A stretch of DNA of 64,000 nucleotides. It comes from Chloroflexota bacterium. Its GTDB lineage: Bacteria; Chloroflexota; UBA11872. The notes under the pieces were generated by a model. That model was not told the origin of the DNA and did not search any database. It saw only the letters and a list, made by a program, of their open reading frames with translations. A program made the position numbers and the translations under genes. Of the stretch, positions 46,591 through 55,864 are shown one piece after another (the stretch's first letter is position 1; the number at the start of each line of letters is the position of its first letter). The stretch spans positions 2,726,522 to 2,790,521 of the forward strand of contig OZ242271.1 of NCBI GenBank assembly GCA_965207185.1. The letters are read 5' to 3'.

Positions 46591-47451
46591 CTACCTCATG
46601 AGGCCGCGCAGATAGGCCAGGTCCTCGACTTCGCCGCGCGCGCGCAGCGCGATGGCTTCGGGCGTGTATTCGCCGGCGCCGACGGTGCCGATGACGTCCT
46701 GATCGGTCGTGTACTCGGTGTGAATGGTGATGGGCCCGTCGAAGCCCCAGGCCTTGAGCAGCGCGATCGCCTCGGGCCACTCGGCGGCGCCCTGACCGAG
46801 CAAGACGAAGCCATCGGAAAATCTCGCTCTTCGGTCCGGTCGCTCGTCGGGAAAGTGCCGCGCGTCCTTGCCGCCGATGGCCGAAAGGCGGTCACGCAAC
46901 ATGGCCAGGCCCATCTGGACGTCTTCGCCGTTGATGGCCTGGTGGCCGAGGTCCACGTAGGCGCCTACGTGTTGCGGGTCATAGTCCTGCAGGAGGTGGC
47001 GCAGGCCGGCGCAGTTGGAGCCAAGGCACTGGCCGCTGTGCGTGTGGTACATCGTCTGGACGCCGGTTCGGCGGCTGAGGCGCTCGAAGCCGTCCAGCCG
47101 GCGGCGGGCGAAAGACCAGCGTTCCTCGAATGCGTCGCCGGGATCGAACTTGAAGTAGCCGATCTTGATTCGCGGCACACCGGCCGCAGCCGCGGCCGCG
47201 AACAGGGTCATGGCATCGTCGGCGTCAGGGTCAACGAGATCTGTGGATGAGGAGATCATGGGACAGTCGACGCCGAGGTCGCGCCAGGTACGCACGGCGC
47301 CGGGTAATTCGTCGGTCACGTTGTGGGCGCTGATGGCGTGGCCGTCGCGAACGGCGAGATCCAGGCCGTCATAGCCGAGTTCGCTTGCACGTTCACCGAG
47401 TTGGCAAACGCTCAAGTCTTCCCAGAACTTGGTAAACCGAACCAGTTGCAT
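46591..47451 (-). CDS. Sugar phosphate isomerase/epimerase (xylose-isomerase-like TIM barrel)
   Basis: 286 aa. ..ELGYDGLDLAV.., YHTHSG, VDLGH and IHTEY are the typical metal-ligand positions of the AP_endonuc_2 fold. Confidence 0.7.
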   Translation of the reverse strand: MQLVRFTKFWEDLSVCQLGERASELGYDGLDLAVRDGHAISAHNVTDELPGAVRTWRDLGVDCPMISSSTDLVDPDADDAMTLFAAAAAAGVPRIKIGYFKFDPGDAFEERWSFARRRLDGFERLSRRTGVQTMYHTHSGQCLGSNCAGLRHLLQDYDPQHVGAYVDLGHQAINGEDVQMGLAMLRDRLSAIGGKDARHFPDERPDRRARFSDGFVLLGQGAAEWPEAIALLKAWGFDGPITIHTEYTTDQDVIGTVGAGEYTPEAIALRARGEVEDLAYLRGLMR

Positions 47452-47595
47452 GTCAACTCCTGACGGGGCGACGCGAGTTGCCTAGCATCCCACGACCGGT
47501 ACAGATTGGCCCTTCGGCGGCGGCACCCTGGACCAGCAGGCGGTTTACCATGGCACCGTTGATGCACATGCCCTGAACGCCCACAGCTCATCGCC

Positions 47596-47910
47596 ATGTC
47601 CAAAACGCGGCAGCAGATTCTGATCTTGCACCTGGCCGAACCCGACCTCGGCTCGTCGACCGTGGCCTGGGCGCTCTACGACGGGGCGCTTCCGGCCGGT
47701 GATCAGCAGATGCAGGCTGGCAACCAGCCGCAACCGCCCTACGCCTCGGTGGTGGATGCCATGTACCACGGCTGGCGCGTGCTGCAACTTCCGCAGCTGC
47801 CAACGTACCCGCGGGGAGCCGAGCACGAAACCGGCCCGCTGCCGTGGGAATATGTCCTGGAGCGTTTCGTTTCGCTGGAGCCGGCCGATGACGACAACCA
47901 CTCCGACTAG
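47596..47910 (+). CDS. Small acidic hypothetical protein
   Basis: 104 aa with no motif I recognise. Its 3' end overlaps the PhyH-like start by 23 nt, which suggests co-translation. Confidence 0.35.
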   Translation: MSKTRQQILILHLAEPDLGSSTVAWALYDGALPAGDQQMQAGNQPQPPYASVVDAMYHGWRVLQLPQLPTYPRGAEHETGPLPWEYVLERFVSLEPADDDNHSD

Positions 47911-48670
47911 CCACCGCCTGCGGGCGATTGACATGGCGCGTTTCGTTGTCGACGGCTTTGTGGAATACGGCGATCTGATTCCTGCCGAGTTGAACGCGCA
48001 AGTCCACCGGGACGCGTTGGCCTATCCAAAGAACCGGAGCTACAACCCGAATCGACCCAACGAGTTCTGGGACTTCTCCGACGCGGTGCGCGAGGTCTTC
48101 GACTTGCCGGCGGTGAATGGCGTGGTTGCGAGCCTGGTGGGGTCCAATCCGGTGCACGACCATTCGTTCCTGCACACGGTCGCTCCGGGCAAGCGCGAGG
48201 CGCAGCGCTGGCATGTGGACTCCGGCCTGGCCGAGGACCATCCGCGGCAGTTCGACATCCTGGTCTGCTACTTCCCCCATGACGCGCCGGCCGAGATGGG
48301 GCCCACGCTGGTGCTTCCCGGCTCGCACGTGCGACGCGTGAGCTACCACGATGTGACGCGCTACAAGAACTTTCTGGGGCAGCGACAGCTCATCGGTCCC
48401 GGAGGTCGGATCGCGTTCATGCACGAGTCGCTGTGGCACTGCGCGCAGCCGAACCAGACCGACGAGTGGCGGTTCATGTTCAAGATCCGCTACCTGCCGC
48501 GCGTGCCGCAGCAGGGCTTGTTCGACACGGACGGCTGGGATGCCGCGGAGGTCGACGCGTTCTACAACGACGCGGCCGGCCAATATCGGTCCCGATGGGC
48601 GGGCGACGGGTTTGTCGCGATGGCTCAAGCCTGGCGCGCGTGGTGGCGCTACTTGGCCGGAGCCGCGTAG
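47888..48670 (+). CDS. Phytanoyl-CoA dioxygenase (PhyH) family Fe(II)/2OG oxygenase
   Basis: From ATG 47888. RWHVDS (the HxD facial triad), LVLPGSH and ESLWHCAQPN (distal His). The ORF-track start at 47699 lies in the small ORF's region. Confidence 0.75.
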   Translation: MTTTTPTSHRLRAIDMARFVVDGFVEYGDLIPAELNAQVHRDALAYPKNRSYNPNRPNEFWDFSDAVREVFDLPAVNGVVASLVGSNPVHDHSFLHTVAPGKREAQRWHVDSGLAEDHPRQFDILVCYFPHDAPAEMGPTLVLPGSHVRRVSYHDVTRYKNFLGQRQLIGPGGRIAFMHESLWHCAQPNQTDEWRFMFKIRYLPRVPQQGLFDTDGWDAAEVDAFYNDAAGQYRSRWAGDGFVAMAQAWRAWWRYLAGAA

Positions 48671-48685
48671 AGAGGCGCTGCCGGG

Positions 48686-49594
48686 CTAGGCCGGGGCGGC
48701 CGAAACTTTCTGCGCAATGACCCCGTACCAGAGCCGGGGCATACCGTCGAACCGAATCTTGTCGACTGCTGCGCTCATCGCGTCGCTGAGCTCAGCGAGG
48801 CTTACGTCGCGCGTGAACGTAAGATCCCGGGCCATGCCGCGCACGAACTCGGGATAGCGGGCGATGGCCTTGAGCGCGGTCCTGGTAAGGAAGACTTCGC
48901 GGTCTTCCTCGTGCACGACGCGGAAACCGGCGTCTTGAATCATCTGCTTGTAATCGTCGTGCGTCCGGTAGGCCAGGGTTTGGATGCGGCGCTCGCGCTT
49001 GGCGCCGGTCAGGCGAACGAAGTGCAGTTTCCATTCGCCGTGGCCGCGCATCGAGTGACCGACGGCCATAGAAGTGGAGGTGAAGGAACTGTTAATGGAC
49101 AGGAAGGCGCCGCTGCGGGCGACGTCGGCCAGGGAGTTAAAAACTCGGCGCTGATTGTCGACGCCTTCAATCTCGTGAATTGCGTCATGAATGCTGACCG
49201 AGTCCACGCCCTCGGGCGGTAGGTGCTCCTCCACGGACACCCGCACGTCGCGCGCGTCGCCATGGACGAAGGTGACGCTGACGTGGTCGTTACCAAGCAC
49301 GGTTTCGCGGGCGATCTCCAGCGCCTTCTGATTCCGGTCAAGCGCAATCACACGCCCTCGATAGCCACGTGCGGTGGCCTCATCGACGATGAGCTGAGGG
49401 ATTAGGCCAGCACCTGTGGCCACGTCCAGGTGCACGAACGGGTTGGGCAGACAGTCCAACAGCCGGGCGACCAGGTCCCGATTGACCTGGCGGTACTCGG
49501 GGATGGCCGAAAAGTGGCCGAAATGGAGCTCGCTCACTCGCGCGACAGTGCCTTTGTCTGCTGGCTTTGAGGATAACAGGTCATGGTCGTCCAA
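48686..49594 (-). CDS. Class I SAM-dependent methyltransferase
   Basis: 302 aa. Motif I is HLDVATGAGLI, then VIALDRN, then HGDARD. Confidence 0.7.
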   Translation of the reverse strand: MDDHDLLSSKPADKGTVARVSELHFGHFSAIPEYRQVNRDLVARLLDCLPNPFVHLDVATGAGLIPQLIVDEATARGYRGRVIALDRNQKALEIARETVLGNDHVSVTFVHGDARDVRVSVEEHLPPEGVDSVSIHDAIHEIEGVDNQRRVFNSLADVARSGAFLSINSSFTSTSMAVGHSMRGHGEWKLHFVRLTGAKRERRIQTLAYRTHDDYKQMIQDAGFRVVHEEDREVFLTRTALKAIARYPEFVRGMARDLTFTRDVSLAELSDAMSAAVDKIRFDGMPRLWYGVIAQKVSAAPA

Positions 49595-49782
49595 CCGATG
49601 TGCGGGGACTGCGCTCCAAATACGGGGCGCGCCCGTCTGGCGGCCAGCATGTTAGCGGAAATGGCGAGGTTGGGTGGCGGAGGAATGCGAGGCGGCAGGT
49701 TCGGTACGATCAATGCGGTCAGGACGGTTGTCGGCAGCGGCGCACCTCCCTGGTACGTCGGGCGTCGGGAGCAGTCTTGCCG

Positions 49783-49855
49783 GCGGGGGTAGCTCAGATG
49801 GTAGAGCGCTAGCCTTCCAAGCTGGATGTCGCGGGTTCGAATCCCGTCCCCCGCT
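49783..49855 (+). tRNA. tRNA-Gly (anticodon UCC)
   Basis: Hand-folded cloverleaf. Acceptor GCGGGGG/CCCCCGC, D arm GCTC-AGATGGTA-GAGC, anticodon arm CTAGC-CTTCCAA-GCTGG, T arm GCGGG-TTCGAAT-CCCGT, discriminator T. CCA is not fully encoded. Confidence 0.9.
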
Positions 49856-50395
49856 CCGCATACGCGCTGAAGGCGCTGTGGCGCCTAGCCGCCGTCGCGA
49901 GAATCTGGTGTCTGAACCGGCTCCGGTGGACGATGCGTTGGCAGGCAAATCTGGCCTCCCCCGGCGGCGGTCCGTAGCCTGATCGGGCTTTGGAATTGGG
50001 GTGGCCGGAACCTGGCGGTCGACTCCGGCTGTGCCTCGCCAATCAAGGATCGACGGCTAGAGAGTCGAACAGTGCACATGCAGAGCCTCAGCAGGCTGAC
50101 GTGAACATGCGGGGGATCCAGCGGGGGCCGGCACGCCACGATTCCGGCGTGGTATCAGGTGGGCCTTGATATAAGATTCGTCCAATGAATATTTGGAAGG
50201 GAAGCAACGGCCACTCTGTACGGAGCCTCGATTCAGGTAAGGACTTTTTGAACACTGATCAATACCCAGGTGAAGAGGCGACCAGGCTGATCTGAAATCT
50301 CTATTGGTAGCATTTGCGACAAATACAAGGCCGAGAGATTCCTAATCTTCGACTGAGGCCTAGTGCGGGGCATTGAGCGCCGAAAGACGGGATAA

Positions 50396-53300
50396 ATGAG
50401 CGCAAGATTGAAGTCAGTGCTGATAGCGGCCTGCGCGGCGTTGGTAGCCGCGGCGTTGGCGGGATGTGATCCCAGCCCATCTGCCTCGGAACCGCAGCCG
50501 ACGCGCACGACCGCGGCAGTTGCTGTTGCGCCGACCGTCGATCCGGAACCGACGGCAACAGCTACGCCTACCGTGGTGACGGCCGTGGCGAGCCCTCAGC
50601 CCACGGCCACGGCGGCCCCAACGGCACGGCCGCGGCCGGCGGTGACGGCCACTCCAACCGTGCCGGCACCGACCCCAAGTCCAAAGGCGCCGGAGCCCAC
50701 GCCCACACCCACGCCAAGTCCCGAACCGACGGCAGTGGCCACGCCTGCGGTCGCCACACCCGCACCGACGGTGGAACCGACGGCTGCGGTCGAACCGGAA
50801 ACCGAACCCGACGCTGCGCTTGACTTTGATCCTCTTGTCATTCGCGGCACGCTAAGCAATGGGCTGGTCTACTACATCAGGCACAACGAAGAGCCGCGCG
50901 AGCGGGCCCAGTTGTCACTGGTCGTGAAGGCGGGGTCGATTCTCGAAGAAGAAGAAGAGCGAGGTCTCGCACACTTCGTCGAGCACATGGCGTTCAACGG
51001 CACGGAGCGCTTTGCCAAGCAGGAGATTGTCGAATACCTGGAGTCCATTGGCACAAACTTTGGACCCGACTTGAACGCTTCAACGGGCTTCGACAGCACC
51101 AACTACTTTCTTGAGATTCCGACTGACGATCCGGAGATTCTCGAGACCGCATTCCAGATTCTCAGCGACTGGGCCTATGCGATTTCGTTCGATGCGGAAG
51201 AAGTGGAGTTGGAGCGCGGGGTCGTCGTGGAAGAGTGGCGTCTCCGACGAGGATTCGGCGCGCGTTTTCAAGACAACTGGTTTCCGCTGATATTCGGCGA
51301 CTCTCGCTATAACGAGCGCAGCCCCATAGGGTTGCTGGAGGTCATCGAGACCGCGCCGCCGGAGCGCCTGCGGGGGTACTACGAGCGCTGGTACCGGCCG
51401 GATCTGATGGCCGTCATTGCCGTCGGCGACTTTGACATGGAGGCTATTGAAGCGAAGATACGCCAACACTTTGCACCGCCGCCCGAGGGCGAAGCCGCCC
51501 AGGCCAGTGCCGCCGCCGCGGCGCCGAGCAGTCGGCCACGCTTCGAGGTGCCCGAGCACGAGGCGCCCCGTGTGAATGTGTTCAGTGACCCTGAGGCGCC
51601 GGGTACGCAGTTGTTCCTACTGCGAAAGCTGTCGCCCGAGACCGGCCAAGACCTGGCGGCGCTTCGGCGCATCGTGGTGGAACGGCTTGCCTTCATGATG
51701 CTCAACGCTCGATTCTTCGAGCGGGGACAGGTCGAGAATCCTCCCTACCTCGGAGCGGGCGGCTCGCGTGGCCCGTTTGTAGACCCAATTGACGTCGTCC
51801 AGTTCGGGGCGTGGGTGGAGCAGGATGGCGTTCAGCCCGGGTTCGCGGCCGTGCTGCAGGAAACGCAGCGCGCTCGACAGCATGGCTTCACCGAAAGTGA
51901 ACTGGCTCGAGAGAAAACCAACCTGCTGAGTGCCGTCGAACGGATCTATAAGGAACGGGATCAGCGAGAGTCCGCGGCCTTTGCCCAGGAGTACACGGAC
52001 CACTTCCTACGCGGGATTCCGGCGCCAGGCATCGAGGCTGAGTGGGAGTTGTACCAGGCGCTGCTTCCCCAGATATCGCTAACGGACGTGAACGACGTCG
52101 CGGCGACCTGGTCAGAGCCCGGCAATACGGTGCTCCTGGTCATGCGTCCCGAAGGAGGCGAGGAGCTGGACGACGAAGAGTTGGCCTCGGTGTTGCAGGC
52201 GCAACTCGCGGAGACCGACTCGCTGATTGTCGAGCCTTATGCCGACCAATTTGCCGATGTCCCGCTGCTCGCGGAACTGCCGACGCCCGGGACCATCGTC
52301 TCGGAAGAGCCGATCGAGTCGATCGATGCCGTGCGGTGGACGCTGTCCAACGGGATAACGGTGATAGCCAAGCAGACGGACTTCAAGAACGACGAAATTG
52401 TGTTTGGCGCATTCAGTCCGGGTGGGCACTCGCTGGTTGACGACGCCGACCATGTGTCGGCCGTGTACGCGGGTCAGCTGGTGGCCGGCAGCGGCGTTGG
52501 CCAGCACGACAACGTGGCTCTGGACAAGTTGCTGGCCGGTAAGCGGGTGTCGGTGTCGCCCTACATCGGGGAACTGTACGAGGGCTTCCGGGGCCAAACC
52601 TCGCCGGAAGACATTGAAACCCTGTTTCAATTGATAACCCTGTACGCGACGGCTCCCAGGTTGGATCCGGTCTACTTCTCAACGTACGAGGCAAGCCTGC
52701 GCACGCTGGCCGAGACCCGCGCCGACCAGCCGGACGCTGTCTTCTCCGACACCGTGAACAGCGTGCTGAGCCAGAATCACTTCCGCAGGCGACCGCTAAC
52801 GCTTGAACTCTTGGACGAACTCAGCATTGAGCGTGCGGAAACGGTGTACGCCGACCGGTTTGCGGATCTCGGCGACGCAACCTTCGTGTTCGTGGGCGCG
52901 TTTGAGTGGGAGAGCCTGCGTTCACTCACCGAGACCTACCTGGCCAGCTTGCCGGCCACGGGGCGTGAAGAGCAGTGGCGGGACGTCGGGGTCGATCCGC
53001 CGACGGGTCTGGAGGACCACGTCGTGCATAGCGGCATCGAACCACGCAGTCGGACGCGCGTGTACTTCGCCGGGGATCTGGAGTGGAACCGCCAGGAGGC
53101 GCTGAGACTGACGGTGATGGCAGAGATGCTCACGATCCGACTGCGCGAGCGATTGCGCGAGCAGTTGGGCGGCACTTATAGCGTCGGCGCGAGCGCTCGG
53201 GCGAGTCTGCTACCGGACGCCGAGTACCGAATCTCCATCGGTTTCGGCAGTGATCCCGCGCGCGCGGACGAACTCCTGATGGAAGTGTTTGAAGAAGTTG

Positions 53301-53566
53301 CCTGGCTGCGCGATGGAGGCGAGCAAGAATACCTGGACACAGTGAAGGAGCTTCTGCGTACGCCACGCGAGGAGCAGCTACGGGACAACGGTTTCTGGCT
53401 CGGTCAGATTCAGACCGCCGAGCGATGGGGGCAGGACCTGGCCGGGACCCTCGACTTCGAAGATCGCCTGGACGCTCTGACGCTTGAGGAAGTCGCTGCC
53501 GCGGCCGAGCGCTATCTCACTGATGACCGCTATGTGCGGGTGGTGCTGCTTCCCGAGGAGGGTTAG
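50396..53566 (+). CDS. M16-family zinc peptidase (pitrilysin-like, double-length) lipoprotein
   Basis: Lipobox LVAAALAGC, a ~120-aa Pro/Thr/Ala linker, the inverted zinc motif HFVEHMAFNGT, and a second inactive-like M16 half. 1056 aa. Confidence 0.85.
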   Translation: MSARLKSVLIAACAALVAAALAGCDPSPSASEPQPTRTTAAVAVAPTVDPEPTATATPTVVTAVASPQPTATAAPTARPRPAVTATPTVPAPTPSPKAPEPTPTPTPSPEPTAVATPAVATPAPTVEPTAAVEPETEPDAALDFDPLVIRGTLSNGLVYYIRHNEEPRERAQLSLVVKAGSILEEEEERGLAHFVEHMAFNGTERFAKQEIVEYLESIGTNFGPDLNASTGFDSTNYFLEIPTDDPEILETAFQILSDWAYAISFDAEEVELERGVVVEEWRLRRGFGARFQDNWFPLIFGDSRYNERSPIGLLEVIETAPPERLRGYYERWYRPDLMAVIAVGDFDMEAIEAKIRQHFAPPPEGEAAQASAAAAAPSSRPRFEVPEHEAPRVNVFSDPEAPGTQLFLLRKLSPETGQDLAALRRIVVERLAFMMLNARFFERGQVENPPYLGAGGSRGPFVDPIDVVQFGAWVEQDGVQPGFAAVLQETQRARQHGFTESELAREKTNLLSAVERIYKERDQRESAAFAQEYTDHFLRGIPAPGIEAEWELYQALLPQISLTDVNDVAATWSEPGNTVLLVMRPEGGEELDDEELASVLQAQLAETDSLIVEPYADQFADVPLLAELPTPGTIVSEEPIESIDAVRWTLSNGITVIAKQTDFKNDEIVFGAFSPGGHSLVDDADHVSAVYAGQLVAGSGVGQHDNVALDKLLAGKRVSVSPYIGELYEGFRGQTSPEDIETLFQLITLYATAPRLDPVYFSTYEASLRTLAETRADQPDAVFSDTVNSVLSQNHFRRRPLTLELLDELSIERAETVYADRFADLGDATFVFVGAFEWESLRSLTETYLASLPATGREEQWRDVGVDPPTGLEDHVVHSGIEPRSRTRVYFAGDLEWNRQEALRLTVMAEMLTIRLRERLREQLGGTYSVGASARASLLPDAEYRISIGFGSDPARADELLMEVFEEVAWLRDGGEQEYLDTVKELLRTPREEQLRDNGFWLGQIQTAERWGQDLAGTLDFEDRLDALTLEEVAAAAERYLTDDRYVRVVLLPEEG

Positions 53567-54272
53567 TCCTCCAAGCGATTGGTCGAGCTGCTCGCAGGCC
53601 ATTGAAGCCTCGGTTTCTCTTCAGTCTGAGTGCATTCGCCGGAGTCGGCTTGGCCAATAGGTCCCGTGCGCGCGGGAAAGCCGTGCGATCAAAAGGGGCC
53701 GCCGGGTTCTGCCAGGGGGGCAATTCAGGTTTGAACCAACACACGGTGGAGAGCATCAGCGGCACGCTGACAGGGGCAAGGCATCCCGACGTTTGGAGAC
53801 GGCGCTCGACAAGCGGTGCTGGCTACAGATTGATCCGTCAGTTCCGTTCGGCGGATCGTGGTGCCGTAACCCTGAGTCCCACGGTCACCTGATCCGGTCG
53901 TAAGCAGGCCGTCGTTGGCCTGTTGTCTCCCCGAAAACCCGTCCACGGTGCTTGGGTGATGCACAGATCCGCCATCCGGCCCCTTGCCGTTTCCCTACCA
54001 TGGACCGACGCGGGAATCGGCCTGCTGAGCGCCGCCCTATTGTCTGGAGCGACCTGCATCTCTGACCTCGAAGAGGCCCGCACGAATACTCGGAAAGAGT
54101 GCGATGGATATCACGGCTTCATATCCTGGTGCTTCCAATCCCGGTCATCCCCACCCCCCCTCCCCGATTGCGGATCTCCTGTCTTGGCGCTCCTGTCCCT
54201 GGATTTCTTCGCCGCGATGTCTCAAAAGAACGCGTCAACTCGCGCGCCCGTTGCTGCTGAAGTGATCGGGAA

Positions 54273-55832
54273 GTGACGGCGGGGCGACCAAGGCACAGCC
54301 ATCGGCTCGTGACTCGGATCTCGCCGACGGTGTTGGTGACCGGCGTGGCCCTGGTCGTGATTGCGTCGGTCTACGCCCGCAGCCTCGACAACTACTTTCA
54401 GTCGGACGACTTCGACTGGCTGTATACCTACGGTTTTCACGCGGCGTCGAACGGCACGATCCAGGCCGTATTTGCACTGCCCGACCCGTCCGCTGTCGAC
54501 CCTGCGGACCCGTTCACCTGGAATTACCGCCCCACCACGGCGCTGCTCGTCAACTTGCTGTTTCGTTTGTTCGGCGTCGACGTGCCGGCCGGGTATCACG
54601 CGGTGTTGATTGCGGGGCACTTGGCGGCCTCGGCTTTGGCGGGTGCGCTGGCCAGCCGCCTTATCCGCTCAAACTGGATTGGTGTAGCTGTAACAGCGGT
54701 GTTCGGGCTGCACTTCGCGCATGTGGAGACAGTGGCGTGGTTCGGCTCGATTGCCGAAGTGGTAGCCGGCGTGCTCGCGCTAGGGGCGGCGCTATCGTTT
54801 TTGCGGTTCCGTGAATCAGGTCGCACTCGCTGGGCATGGACCACGGTTGCGGCCTACGGCCTGGCGCTCGGCGCTAACCCTACGGCGGCGCCAATCCTCG
54901 GCTTCGTTGTATTGCTTGATCTCTGGCGATTCACCCGCGGCTTCGGCAGATGCTGGAGCGCTCATTGGATATACATTCCACTGTTGACCCTGGCAGGCGC
55001 GTACCTAGTCATTGAGGCCTCCGCGCTGAGCGTGGCGGCCGGAAGTGGCGGCTACGGATATAGCGTCGGCTCGCAAATGCTCCTCAATGCGGTCTGGTAT
55101 CCGACGGTTCTTGTGGCGCCGTTCACCGAGCCGGAATTGTTCGATGTCCATCGTGGACTGCTTGCTGTGCTCGACGGGAGCGGATCACTCGCGGATGCGG
55201 TGGCTACGGCGCACGCCGTACCAGTGCTCGCCGCGCATCTTGCGGTCATTGTCGCGGCCGCCTTGACTTTGGCTCGCGGACCAGGATGGGCTCGGGTAGC
55301 TATCGGTGCCGTGCTTGCCCTTGAAGCGCCGTTCGTTTTGCTTGGCGGAACCATGTTTCACTTTGCCTACCTGCCGGCCGCTTTTGCCCTCGGCCTCGGC
55401 GTCGCTGCTCTGGTGGGCACTTGTCGTGTTGTCGTCAAAGCACCAACGCGGTCCTGGGTAGCGGCTACCGGGCTCGTGGTCATCGCGGCGGGTTTACTGG
55501 CCTGGCAGACGCATGATCGTCTCGACGACTGGGAATTCGCGTCCGGCCTCAGTCATCGGCTCGTGCAGAGTGCCCACGCTGAACTCGGTGATCTGCCAGT
55601 GGGAGCGACCGTTATTGCTGCGGATCTGCCGAACACCGTCAACGGTGCTTACGTGTTTCGCGAAGGCTTCCCGGCGGCGCTCAGGATCACGTATGGTCGT
55701 TCAGATCTGGAGGTCCAGACGTTCAGTAGGCTGGTCGTGACGCGTCTGATGTCAGAGTCTGTCGTGGGTGACCAACAGTATTTTCTTTTCTACGACCCGC
55801 CGGCCGGTGCGCTACTCCTCGCGGAGCCCTGA
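54273..55832 (+). CDS. GT-C-like polytopic membrane protein (PMT_2/TMTC-type N-terminal pattern)
   Basis: 519 aa and highly hydrophobic. YFQSDDFDW follows TM1, then NYRPTTALL..YH..L.GHL and HFAHVETVAW (compare the YRPL ... HP.H.E.V.W pattern). The start (GTG 54273) is uncertain. Confidence 0.5.
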   Translation: MTAGRPRHSHRLVTRISPTVLVTGVALVVIASVYARSLDNYFQSDDFDWLYTYGFHAASNGTIQAVFALPDPSAVDPADPFTWNYRPTTALLVNLLFRLFGVDVPAGYHAVLIAGHLAASALAGALASRLIRSNWIGVAVTAVFGLHFAHVETVAWFGSIAEVVAGVLALGAALSFLRFRESGRTRWAWTTVAAYGLALGANPTAAPILGFVVLLDLWRFTRGFGRCWSAHWIYIPLLTLAGAYLVIEASALSVAAGSGGYGYSVGSQMLLNAVWYPTVLVAPFTEPELFDVHRGLLAVLDGSGSLADAVATAHAVPVLAAHLAVIVAAALTLARGPGWARVAIGAVLALEAPFVLLGGTMFHFAYLPAAFALGLGVAALVGTCRVVVKAPTRSWVAATGLVVIAAGLLAWQTHDRLDDWEFASGLSHRLVQSAHAELGDLPVGATVIAADLPNTVNGAYVFREGFPAALRITYGRSDLEVQTFSRLVVTRLMSESVVGDQQYFLFYDPPAGALLLAEP

Positions 55833-55864
55833 TAGAGTCATCCGCGAGATGCACCGCAGCAAAC

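Noticed and set aside
43771-49782. A tRNA-bounded integrative island between tRNA-Pro and tRNA-Gly (TA modules, DUF2961, isomerase, PhyH, methyltransferase).
   Set aside because: There is no integrase or recombinase, I could find no direct repeat of either tRNA 3' end, and GC content looks like the rest of the window. It is probably just a variable chromosomal stretch.
53699-53713. RNase P RNA. The minus strand reads GGCAGAACCCGGC, resembling the conserved ACAGAACCCGGCUUA.
   Set aside because: The obligatory GAGGAAAGUCCGGGC element and the other conserved regions are absent from the surrounding sequence on either strand.
53858-53912. A TPP riboswitch: GGUGCC..CUGAG..ACCUGAUCCGG on the + strand.
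   Set aside because: The P3 stem is missing or too short, the pyrophosphate-sensor helix (CUGG-AUAAUG-CCAGCG-AGGGA) is missing, and the downstream gene 360 nt away is unrelated to thiamine.
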